Part shown: piece after piece, positions 48,665 to 57,101 of the stretch | Layout: each line of letters opens with the position of its first letter | Numbering within the stretch: position 1 is the stretch's first letter | Source: Thermoplasmata archaeon | GTDB lineage: Archaea; Thermoplasmatota; Thermoplasmata; Lutacidiplasmatales; UBA184 | DNA: 64,000 nt | Direction: 5' to 3' | Assembly: GCA_022749815.1 (NCBI GenBank) | Contig: JAKIWV010000002.1 | Location: forward strand, 194,478 to 258,477 | Notes under the pieces: generated by a model | Told to the model about the DNA's origin: nothing | What the model saw: only the letters and a program-made list of their open reading frames with translations | Databases searched by the model: none | Made by a program: the position numbers and the translations under genes

Positions 48665-49540
48665 ATGGCCTACGGAAGGTACCCGACCGACGTGAAGGCA
48701 GCGGCCCCGGCCTGGTCGGATTTCAGTTACGTCGTCTCCAGTCGATATCGGGAGCAAGTGTTCGCCGCGCTGGGCGCCCGACCGAAACTTCCTAGGGAAC
48801 TTGCTGAGACAACGCGCCTGCGCCTCGGCCACGTAAGTCGTGCGCTGAGGGAGCTCTCCGACAGACGCCTGGTCGCGTGCCTCACCCCAGAACTTCGCGC
48901 CAGGGGACGATTGTACGGCTTGACGCCCCAGGGCGCCGCGGTGCTGAATCAACTCGTCCGACCGGTCGGCGGGGCGATCGTCGCCTCGACCGAGGACATC
49001 GCCCCGCGCTTTGTCCCGAAGATTCGGGCGTCCACGGTCCTAAGAATGATTCAGTACCTTCGGCAAACTCGGGGCTCAGCCCCTGTCGCTCAAACGATGA
49101 AGGAATGGGGGGTGGATGTAGACGAACTCGCCGAAGATTCCTGGCTCCCCGTCGAGACATGCGCGCGACTTCTCGAGCTGATTGAGCGCAATTTCGGCGA
49201 CGGGAGCTACGGCTTCGTTCGCGAGGCATTCCGAGAGGCGGTGGTCACATTCCCAACAGTACGGGAGCAATTGTCGAAAGCCCTCCCACTCGCCGCGCTC
49301 TCGCGACATGCTCCAACGGTCTACGCGCAGGAATGGAACTACGGACGCCTTGAGGTTGCGGTGACCAGACGGCGGGCGGTTCTCCGGCACTACGATTGGA
49401 CGCCTACACCGGCGATGTGTGCCTTGTTCCATGGCGTCTACGAGGGTATCCTTCAGGCTCGAGGAGTCAAGGGACGAGTAGTGAAAAGTCGCTGCATCCG
49501 GGTGGGCGATCCCTACTGCGAATACGTGGTCGAATGGTAG
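48665..49540 (+). CDS. Transcriptional regulator: N-terminal wHTH plus C-terminal V4R-like domain
   Basis: HTH (PRELAETTRLRLGHVSRALRELSDRRLV). C-terminal CALFHGVYEGILQARGVKGRVVKSRCIRVGDPYCEYVV (C-x3-G...C...C-E pattern of V4R). Confidence 0.45.
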   Translation: MAYGRYPTDVKAAAPAWSDFSYVVSSRYREQVFAALGARPKLPRELAETTRLRLGHVSRALRELSDRRLVACLTPELRARGRLYGLTPQGAAVLNQLVRPVGGAIVASTEDIAPRFVPKIRASTVLRMIQYLRQTRGSAPVAQTMKEWGVDVDELAEDSWLPVETCARLLELIERNFGDGSYGFVREAFREAVVTFPTVREQLSKALPLAALSRHAPTVYAQEWNYGRLEVAVTRRRAVLRHYDWTPTPAMCALFHGVYEGILQARGVKGRVVKSRCIRVGDPYCEYVVEW

Positions 49541-50804
49541 GGAGGGGGGTTGGTTCGAACGTCCCGGCTCCAGTCGAGGGGCTGCTGGCAGACCGCAGGG
49601 CCGCTCCAAGGACCCTGAGATAGGCGTGCAACGAGTCGCGTTGTTCGGATCCGCCTTGGAGAAACATCACCACGGGAATCAGCACGGTCAGCCCTCGGAC
49701 GTCGACCTCGGCGTGCTCGGAGCCAGGGGCCTGCAACGAGACGGCCCGACGTGAGTACTCTGCCCACCGTGCAAACAATCGCTCGTAGTCTTGCATCCTG
49801 GGGCACGGAGCGCTCGCGTCCGCGCGACCCGCTTCGGCCTCCCTATCGTGCGCCAGGGCGAGCGTGACCGAATTGACGATGCCACGTCTGAGGTCGGCTT
49901 CTCGCGTAACAAAATGGTCGATGGCCCCCACGACGATGTCGAGATAGTACCACGCTTCCAGATGGCGAGGCAGGTCAAAATCGCGTGGAAGCAGGCTCGC
50001 GCAAGCGAGGTCGACGAGCGTCAAGGCCCCGATCCAGGTGAGCTCCCCTACGTACCGGTCCACCCAGGGCACGTCGGCCGCAGGGGACGGGAGCCCCCAC
50101 GCGAGGTCGCGCACTTGGGAGACGTCCACCTTGGGTCGCCGGAGGCAACGGGAGACCGCTTGGCCGGCCGCAAACCCCTCGTTCTCCGAACGGAAAGACT
50201 GGGCCACGACTGAAAATTGAGGGGCTGAGAGGAGGGAAGCCCGAATTCGAGAAACTAGCTCGACCACCTCCGCAGCCCACTCGACGGTCAGCCCCTGCCA
50301 CCGGGTTCTCAGCCTCTCGTGGAGCACTTCGAAATCGGACTTGGGTGCGGTGAGGCTGTGAAGCGTCTCGGCGATCGCCTGGCCAACTTCGTTCTCGTCA
50401 AGGTGGGCTTCGTCCACGATATCGTCCAACAGGTCGAACAATCGCACGCACAGCAGTTTCGTGGCCCAAGCGCGGCACACATCGGAATCCGTCATCCACC
50501 CACGGAAGAGGTACGTCAGGAGAAGCGCCCCCGAGCACCGATACATGCTGTTGGGCCGACCGAGGAGTCCTTCGACGGCGGGGTCGAGCATCAGATCCGA
50601 CCCCTTCGGAGCTTGCACCCGAAGCGCGGCCGGGAGCAATCCGGCATCGCGAGCGAATGAATCGAATAATGGGCGAAAGTCCATCGACGGGCCGCCGAAA
50701 TCGTGATCGCGAATTTCCGTGGCGGCCCGCTTCCCGAGCGCGCTGAGTGTGCGGGCGATCCACTCCTCTACCTCTGGGCCTCGAAGGTGGGACGGGGTCT
50801 GCAT
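49467..50804 (-). CDS. Hypothetical protein with a DDxxD/E motif (LFDLLDDIVDE); possible terpene-synthase-like fold
   Basis: An Asp-rich metal-binding-like motif in a helical protein of about 440 aa. Support is weak. Confidence 0.25.
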   Translation of the reverse strand: MQTPSHLRGPEVEEWIARTLSALGKRAATEIRDHDFGGPSMDFRPLFDSFARDAGLLPAALRVQAPKGSDLMLDPAVEGLLGRPNSMYRCSGALLLTYLFRGWMTDSDVCRAWATKLLCVRLFDLLDDIVDEAHLDENEVGQAIAETLHSLTAPKSDFEVLHERLRTRWQGLTVEWAAEVVELVSRIRASLLSAPQFSVVAQSFRSENEGFAAGQAVSRCLRRPKVDVSQVRDLAWGLPSPAADVPWVDRYVGELTWIGALTLVDLACASLLPRDFDLPRHLEAWYYLDIVVGAIDHFVTREADLRRGIVNSVTLALAHDREAEAGRADASAPCPRMQDYERLFARWAEYSRRAVSLQAPGSEHAEVDVRGLTVLIPVVMFLQGGSEQRDSLHAYLRVLGAALRSASSPSTGAGTFEPTPLPTIRPRIRSRDRPPGCSDFSLLVP

Positions 50805-51144
50805 CGTTTCCCTCGGCGCGAGAATGGAGTGTTGGGTTAAGTCGAAAGTTACGAGAATCATACCATTCCGATACCAGACGCTCATCGGATCGAGGCCATT
50901 CCGCCCGATCCGGCGCCTCCTGGTTTTCCTTACCACGAACCTGAGGCCGGACTTGTCAGTGGGGGCTATACTTCCGGGGAAGGGATTCGAAGCTTGCTGG
51001 GATCGATGGCAGTTCTTGGAAGGTCTGCCCCTCGACGGTCTTCCGACCCGTAAGAATCCACCTGTCTGTGAACTGTTCCCAGCTTACCTGACACCTATCG
51101 CACTCCTTTGTGGGCCTCTGCCCAGGGCGCCAAGAGGCCCGATC

Positions 51145-51795
51145 ATGGCTATCCCTGCCACCAAGAGCTCCACTCTAGTCCCCAACCCGACGTACGCGAA
51201 GCCGGCAACGCACGAACAGCTCCTCCGGGCCGCGGCCCGATTGAAGGAACATGGAATCCACGCCGTAATTGTCGCCGATCGAGCGGAGGCACTTAGAACG
51301 GTGCTCTCGCTCATCCCGGAACGCTCCGAGGTGTACACTGCGCCCTCAGAAACTCTCGCCCGCATTGGGCTGGAGGCTGCATTGGAGGAATCCGACAAGT
51401 ACGAGTCCGTCCGAAAGCGCTTGATGGGGTTGAACCGGACCACCCAGGAACGGGAGATCCGTAAGCTTAGCCAGGCCCCCTCGTTCGTGGTCGGCAGCGT
51501 TCATGCGGTCACCGAAGAGGGTGACGTCCTCGTTGCGTCGGCGACCGGGAGCCAACTCGGTCCGTATGCCTACGGCGCAGGGATGGTCATCTGGGTCGTC
51601 GGGGCCCAGAAGGTGGTGCCGACCCTACAGGACGGCCTGAATCGTCTGCGGGAATACGCCTACCCGATGGAGGACGCCCGGGCCCTGAAGGCATATGGCA
51701 TCAACAGTGGACTCAACAAGATCCTGATCATATCCAAGGAGATCAGTCCCGGCCGGGCCACCGTCATCTTGGTCCCGGAAGCTCTCGGGTTCTAA
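51145..51795 (+). CDS. LUD (LutC/YkgG-like) domain protein
   Basis: VIVADRAEALRTVLSLIPE...FVVGSVHAVTEEGDVLVASATG...GMVIWVVGAQKVV. Confidence 0.5.
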   Translation: MAIPATKSSTLVPNPTYAKPATHEQLLRAAARLKEHGIHAVIVADRAEALRTVLSLIPERSEVYTAPSETLARIGLEAALEESDKYESVRKRLMGLNRTTQEREIRKLSQAPSFVVGSVHAVTEEGDVLVASATGSQLGPYAYGAGMVIWVVGAQKVVPTLQDGLNRLREYAYPMEDARALKAYGINSGLNKILIISKEISPGRATVILVPEALGF

Positions 51796-51867
51796 ATCCG
51801 GCGACCCGCGCCCCTTCATCTTCAGTCGGCGAGCCCGTGAGAAGATTGAACTATCGAATCCTCCATC

Positions 51868-52938
51868 GTGCCGGGGAGCGGGGGGCCGATGCGCCGTCAG
51901 CGACTAGCTTTAGTCGCCGTTCCGGCCGTCACCTTTTGCCCTTTGCTTACCGTGTTCCTCGCCATCGGGCTAGGGGCGGCGCCGGCCTCGACGGGCCATG
52001 CGTCCGGCCTACCCGCCTTAGTTGCAGGCTCGACCGTTCCATCGTCGGGACAGCCTTTCGGGGGTATTCAATACCCTGTGACGTTTTCCGAGACCGGCCT
52101 CCCGGCCAACATCACTTGGTCCGTCACGCTGAACGGGTCGACTCGCTCCTCGTCGGGGCCAGCGATCCAGTTTGCCGAGGTCGACGGTAGATATTCCTTC
52201 TCTATAGGGACCGTCGCGGGATACATTGCGAATCTCCAATCTGGTAGCGTCACCGTGAATGGAGGGCCGGTCTCCCAGGCGATCACCTTCTCCTCGGCGA
52301 CATCCCTTCCCTCTGGCTGGAACACCATCACCTTCTTCGGGTTACCCGTCTGGGAGACCGCAGCCATCACCGGCATCGCCGTGGTCGTGGTGGCACTCCT
52401 CCTTCTGGGCCTCCTCGATTGCCCCGACGAATGTAAGCCGAAAGGGGCCAAGGTAGACTGCAGTTCCAGCATTACCCTCGAAATCTATCCGTGCGGCCAA
52501 GCGCCCGGTTCGACGAAGGACCTCGAGACCGGTGCAGAGATCATGGCCCTCGGCGCGAAGCTGGCGGGGAAGCTGGAGGTCTTCGGCGAGACCTACGGTA
52601 AGATGCTCGAGGCGATGCCCGGATGGATTAAGGCCGGCGGGAACGTGATCGGGCAAAAGGTCGGAGTGGAAGTCTACGCCACAGTGAACTGCCGGTGGAT
52701 GGTCTGCACCGACGTACCGTGCCATTATTTCTGGAAGAAGGTCGATTGGACCAGGGACTGGAGATTCTGGGGGCCGTCCAAGCTCACACCCCCTTCGGGT
52801 TACGCCAAAAGCGGCGGGGCGGACTGCTTCGGACCCGGCTTGGACGCTGGGGACCTCTCCGCGGCAATCGGCGGGGCCCTGGACGCCAATGAGAAAGTGG
52901 CGGAGGCCCGAAGGAACTGCAAGAAGGTGTGCGCATGA
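51868..52938 (+). CDS. Single-pass membrane protein with an extracellular ETGLP-module domain and a cytoplasmic Cys-rich domain
   Basis: A signal/TM segment, then YPVTFSETGLPANITWSVTLNGS...FAEVDGRYSFSIG, then a TM (ITGIAVVVVALLLLGLL), then about 150 aa containing about 12 Cys. Confidence 0.5.
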   Translation: MPGSGGPMRRQRLALVAVPAVTFCPLLTVFLAIGLGAAPASTGHASGLPALVAGSTVPSSGQPFGGIQYPVTFSETGLPANITWSVTLNGSTRSSSGPAIQFAEVDGRYSFSIGTVAGYIANLQSGSVTVNGGPVSQAITFSSATSLPSGWNTITFFGLPVWETAAITGIAVVVVALLLLGLLDCPDECKPKGAKVDCSSSITLEIYPCGQAPGSTKDLETGAEIMALGAKLAGKLEVFGETYGKMLEAMPGWIKAGGNVIGQKVGVEVYATVNCRWMVCTDVPCHYFWKKVDWTRDWRFWGPSKLTPPSGYAKSGGADCFGPGLDAGDLSAAIGGALDANEKVAEARRNCKKVCA

Positions 52939-53156
52939 TATCGCGGGGACGGTTCGGTACGTGCCGGCGTTGCGTAATCCTGAATCTAGCGGCGGTTGCC
53001 ATCTCCGCTGGCGGGCTCATCTGGTCGATGGAGAGTTCGGTGTTCCAGCTCGAACCGCTCTGGATCGGCCTTCTTGCCGTGAGCGGCAGCCTACTGGCCC
53101 TGCACCTTCTCTATCGACAAGTCCGTTCAGCGGGCCGAAGCCGGTCGGAGACCTGA
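52929..53156 (+). CDS. Small membrane protein (2 TM)
   Basis: Its start overlaps the upstream stop (TGATATCG...ATG). It is hydrophobic. Confidence 0.3.
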   Translation: MRMISRGRFGTCRRCVILNLAAVAISAGGLIWSMESSVFQLEPLWIGLLAVSGSLLALHLLYRQVRSAGRSRSET

Positions 53157-53405
53157 ACTAGCCCAATCGCGCACGGGTACTGGGCGAGCCCGCAGCAATA
53201 CTGGGAGCGAGTGGGTCGGCCCAGAAGATCCATAGGAGGCAGCTTGGCCCTCGCGCCGAACCTTCGATTCCTCGATAGTTCTCTGTGCAACGGGTCGGCC
53301 AAAGCCTCCATCGGCACGCACATAGCTGGACCGACTGTGGGCGTAACCTCCCCGTGCACCACGCTGCGCTTTTAGGGGCCGGGAGTAGTCGGAACTGGGG
53401 GAACA

Positions 53406-53885
53406 GTGCCCGAGTCCAGCCGGCGGATATTCGCGACGCAGAACATTCGATTTGTAAAGATCGCCAAGGTCCCTCTCTCGTATGCCTACGCGTGGTGTAC
53501 GGACTTCCGGTCGGACGATGGAAAGTTCTCCGGTTCCACGGCGCGGTATCGTGTTCTGAAGGCCGCCCCGGACCGCGCGGTCCGCATCCGGACAGCAAAG
53601 TCTGCCGGTAAAACCCCGGTCATCGCGATCGAGCTGGTCCGGTTGATGCCTCCCGATCGTTGGCACGTCGACCAGGTCGATGAGACCGACCTCGCGGCGG
53701 TCGACTACGAGCTGACGAAGCTCGGGCCCAACAAGACCCGAATCGAGCTCCGGATCACCGAACGATGGATGACCCCCCGATTTCCGAGCCGCTCGGATTA
53801 CCTTCGTACGACCAGCGACTACTGGGACAAACTCGTGGGAGCGCTCGAGACTCGCCACGCTCAAGGGCGCCCGCCGCGCGGCTAG
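53406..53885 (+). CDS. SRPBCC (Bet v1-like / polyketide-cyclase-like) domain protein
   Basis: About 160 aa with alternating beta-strand patterning typical of START/SRPBCC proteins. The call is weak. Confidence 0.35.
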   Translation: MPESSRRIFATQNIRFVKIAKVPLSYAYAWCTDFRSDDGKFSGSTARYRVLKAAPDRAVRIRTAKSAGKTPVIAIELVRLMPPDRWHVDQVDETDLAAVDYELTKLGPNKTRIELRITERWMTPRFPSRSDYLRTTSDYWDKLVGALETRHAQGRPPRG

Positions 53886-53970
53886 TCGGGGAAACGGATC
53901 TCGTGACGGAGAATCCCACCTGAAGAAATGGATTCTCGCGGGACTCTAACCCCACCCGCTCCGGAACTCA

Positions 53971-54010
53971 GGGAGGTGCAACTTCCATTGCACCTCCTTC
54001 GCAGGACGCG
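53971..54010. repeat. Palindromic repeat family, copy P5 (GGGAGGTGCAA-CTTCC-ATTGCACCTCC + TTCGCAGGACGCG)
   Basis: 10-nt inverted arms. It shares the 3' flank CTTCGCAGGACGC with P6. It lies about 135 nt upstream of the YVTN gene start. Confidence 0.7.
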
Positions 54011-54144
54011 GCTCTCTGGACGCCTGACTAATATTGCACGACTAGAAATGGATGGGCTTCTGACGCAGAGTGTGGCTCGGGAACCGAGAACTTAGCTGGG
54101 GGGGAGGCAGCACGTACATAGAGTGGGCCGGCGTCGTGTTTCCC

Positions 54145-56085
54145 ATGGGACCGCGTCCGAGTCCATTGGACCCCCTCGGTCTGGCGATCGTATTTGGAGC
54201 CCTGATCCTCTCCTCGAGCGGCGGGGGTTTGCCCTTCGGGACGGTTGCGGGCGCCTCGGTCAATCCGTTGGACAGTCGGCCCGACGTGCGATCGGTGGGG
54301 GCAGCACCTCTGTACCCCCAAACGTTCACTGAGACTGGCCTTCCTTCCGGATCGCCCTGGAACATTACGCTGAACGGACAGACGCAGAGTGTTGTCGCTC
54401 CGTTGCCGATCGTGTTTTCGGAACCTAATGGAACCTACGCGTACACGGTCGGCGGCCCGTCCGGTTGGGAACTTGTGCCACCTTCGGCGACAGGGATAGC
54501 GCGTGTGGCGGGCGCCCCGAACACGGTGGCACTGCCGAACATCGGGGTGGGGACCAACCCCTATGACACAGCGTACGACACGACGAATGGGTACGTGTAT
54601 GTGGCGAACTTGGGATCGAACAACGTAACGGCGATCGACGGTGCTACGGACAACGTAGTGGTGCCGGGAATTGGGGTGGGGACCAATCCGCTTGGGATCA
54701 CGTATGATCCCTCGAACGGGTACCTGTACGTAACGAACTATGGATCGAACAACGTGACGGTGATCGATGGTGCGACGGAGAAGGTGGTGGTGCCGAGCAT
54801 CGGTGTGGGGAGTGGCCCAAATGTGATCGCGTTTGACCCTTCGAACGGATTTCTGTATGTGGTGAACGGCGGATCGAACAACGTGACGGTGATCGACGGT
54901 GCGACGGACAAGGTGGTGGTCCCGAGCATCGGCGTGGGGGCCACTCCCACTGGAATTGTGCAGGATCGTTCGAACGGGTACCTGTATGTGGCGAATTATG
55001 GATCGAACAACCTATCGGTGATCGACGGTGCGACGAACAAGGTCGTTGTGCCTAGCATCGGGGTGGGGATGAACCCCTATGGGATTGCGTCAGACCCCGC
55101 GAACGGATATCTGTATGTTGTGAATTTTGGATCGAACAACGTGACAGTGGTCAACGGTGCGACGGAGATGGTGGCAGCGCCGAACATCGGAGTGGGGGCG
55201 AACCCCGACTGGATCACGTATGACCCGTCTAACGGCTATCTGTACGTGGCGAACTTTGGATCGAATACCGTGACGGTGATCGACGGCGCCACGGGCAATG
55301 TTGTGGTCCCGAGCATCGGAGTGGGGAGCGGCCCGAGCGGGATTGCGTTTGACTCTTCGAACCGTTTTCTGTATGTGACGAACTATGGATCGACCACCGT
55401 GACAGTGATCAACGGGAATGGTTTGCTGTTGACGGACTGGAAAGTGGCGCCGAGATATCCGGTGACGTTCCCGGAGACCGGCCTTCCGTCGGGAACGATC
55501 TGGTTGGTGACGCTGAACGGTGCCGCGGGTGGTTCCGCCGGGCCGACGATCACGTTCCAAGAGCCCAACGGGACGTACACCTATACCATCGCCCCAATCG
55601 CCGGCTGGACCGTCGCGATGTATCGCGGGAGCCTGACGGTGCCGGGCGCGCCAACCGGTGTCGCCGTGGCCTGGACCCAGACGACCTATCCGGTAGCCTT
55701 CGCAGAGACCGGCCTCCCGTCGGGACGGAGCTGGTCAGTGACGGTGAACGGGGCGCCGCAGAATTCGACGACCTCGACCATCACGTTCGCAGAGCCGAAC
55801 GGGACGTATGCGTACATGATCAGTTCGGTAGGTGGCTATTCCGTCGCTCCCTCCTTCGGGGTTTTGACCGTGAAGGGACCGAACCTTGGGCCGTCGATCG
55901 TGTTCTCTCCCCTCCCTCCGCCTTCGAGACCCGGGTTCCTCGGGCTTTCCGGGAACGAGGGCTACCTGGTCGTGGGGGGCATTGCGGCCGTCGTGGCGAT
56001 AGGAGCGGGGTTCGGGCTACTGCTCCATCGGAGGCAGGCGCGTCAAGTGAAGGTATCCGAACCGGATCCGAAGCGGGCAGCGTGA
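54145..56085 (+). CDS. Cell-surface protein with YVTN-type beta-propeller repeats, three ETGLP modules and a C-terminal TM anchor
   Basis: A signal segment. At least 8 repeats of about 42 aa (NGYLYVANxGSNNVTVIDGATxKVVVPSIGVGxxP). The module YP.TF.ETGLPSG..W.VTLNG...F.EPNGTY.Y appears three times. C-terminal GYLVVGGIAAVVAIGAGFGLLL + HRRQARQ. Confidence 0.75.
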   Translation: MGPRPSPLDPLGLAIVFGALILSSSGGGLPFGTVAGASVNPLDSRPDVRSVGAAPLYPQTFTETGLPSGSPWNITLNGQTQSVVAPLPIVFSEPNGTYAYTVGGPSGWELVPPSATGIARVAGAPNTVALPNIGVGTNPYDTAYDTTNGYVYVANLGSNNVTAIDGATDNVVVPGIGVGTNPLGITYDPSNGYLYVTNYGSNNVTVIDGATEKVVVPSIGVGSGPNVIAFDPSNGFLYVVNGGSNNVTVIDGATDKVVVPSIGVGATPTGIVQDRSNGYLYVANYGSNNLSVIDGATNKVVVPSIGVGMNPYGIASDPANGYLYVVNFGSNNVTVVNGATEMVAAPNIGVGANPDWITYDPSNGYLYVANFGSNTVTVIDGATGNVVVPSIGVGSGPSGIAFDSSNRFLYVTNYGSTTVTVINGNGLLLTDWKVAPRYPVTFPETGLPSGTIWLVTLNGAAGGSAGPTITFQEPNGTYTYTIAPIAGWTVAMYRGSLTVPGAPTGVAVAWTQTTYPVAFAETGLPSGRSWSVTVNGAPQNSTTSTITFAEPNGTYAYMISSVGGYSVAPSFGVLTVKGPNLGPSIVFSPLPPPSRPGFLGLSGNEGYLVVGGIAAVVAIGAGFGLLLHRRQARQVKVSEPDPKRAA

Positions 56086-56180
56086 CTAACCTCTGATGAG
56101 CGGGTCGGTTACTCAGCCCCTTACCGAGGTCGGTCGGTTTCTAAGGCCCCCTTCTCCCCGAGTTTCGCAAGGCGGTGGAC

Positions 56181-56217
56181 AAGTGCAACCTCCATTGCAC
56201 ACCCTTCGCAGGACGCC
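56181..56217. repeat. Palindromic repeat family, copy P6 (AAGTGCAA-CCTCC-ATTGCACACCCTTCGCAGGACGCC)
   Basis: It lies between convergent genes (YVTN stop at 56085, C39 stop at 56228). Confidence 0.65.
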
Positions 56218-56227
56218 AGACTTGGCA

Positions 56228-56857
56228 CTAACTGGCGGTCAGAATCAGCTGCCGGTCGATGCCCTGGGAACTGTCGTCCATTGCACGATCGAAATCTTCC
56301 AGTGAGAGACGCTGTTCGGGGCCTAGGTCGGGGTCGTGGAAACTGATCCCACCGTCCTCCATGTTTGTCACCACCACCCAGTGCAGGACTCCGCCCGGAA
56401 AGTCGGGATCCGGTGCGTAGGAGCCCTGATCCACCATCACGATGGCCGGACAACGAAGGGCATCCGACATTCGAAGGCGATCCACCCTGACGGGTTCAAT
56501 TGAAACACGCACACCTCGGCGTCGGGCTTCCCACTCTCGGTAGCGGGCCACGGGGCTCGCGAAGTGACCGAAGGCGGTTCCGACCGCGTCGAAGCTCGTC
56601 CCGGTCTTAGGCCGTAGATGAAACCCCGGACTCTCCTTTGGAACGGTTACGTTGGCCCCGGAGTTGCGGAGGAGGACGGCGAGTCCGGACGATTCCGTCA
56701 TCCCGAACGGGAACAGCCAGCTGCGAGCCCAGGGAACCATGTCCGACCCTGGTCGAACAACCGGGGATCTGGCGAGCCAACCCCGGACCATCTCTACGCA
56801 GGCGGGTCCGCAGCTCCCAATCATCGTCTGTTTGAGATACGGGACCGGAAGGGCCAC
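56228..56857 (-). CDS. Peptidase C39-like (papain-fold) domain protein
   Basis: QTMIGSCGPACVEMV (Gln-x5-Cys-Gly) and a downstream HWVVV His motif. Confidence 0.5.
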   Translation of the reverse strand: MALPVPYLKQTMIGSCGPACVEMVRGWLARSPVVRPGSDMVPWARSWLFPFGMTESSGLAVLLRNSGANVTVPKESPGFHLRPKTGTSFDAVGTAFGHFASPVARYREWEARRRGVRVSIEPVRVDRLRMSDALRCPAIVMVDQGSYAPDPDFPGGVLHWVVVTNMEDGGISFHDPDLGPEQRLSLEDFDRAMDDSSQGIDRQLILTAS

Positions 56858-57101
56858 AACCTCGGAAACTGCCCGAGCCCATAACTCGGACGAACCGAGG
56901 AACGGCGAGAGGTTTAGCTCGGTACCACGCGCGGTCCGAGCTAGTCGTGGTCGGCAGCAAGTGGTCGATCCGCAGAGGAGGGATTCGGCAAGTGCTCAAT
57001 CAGTTTGCGTTTTCCCGTGCGGCGCCAGGGCGAAGGCGAAAGCCCAGAGGCGCGGCAACCTTCAGAGGAGCCCTTAACACCCGGGTCTTAGATTCGGGTA
57101 C

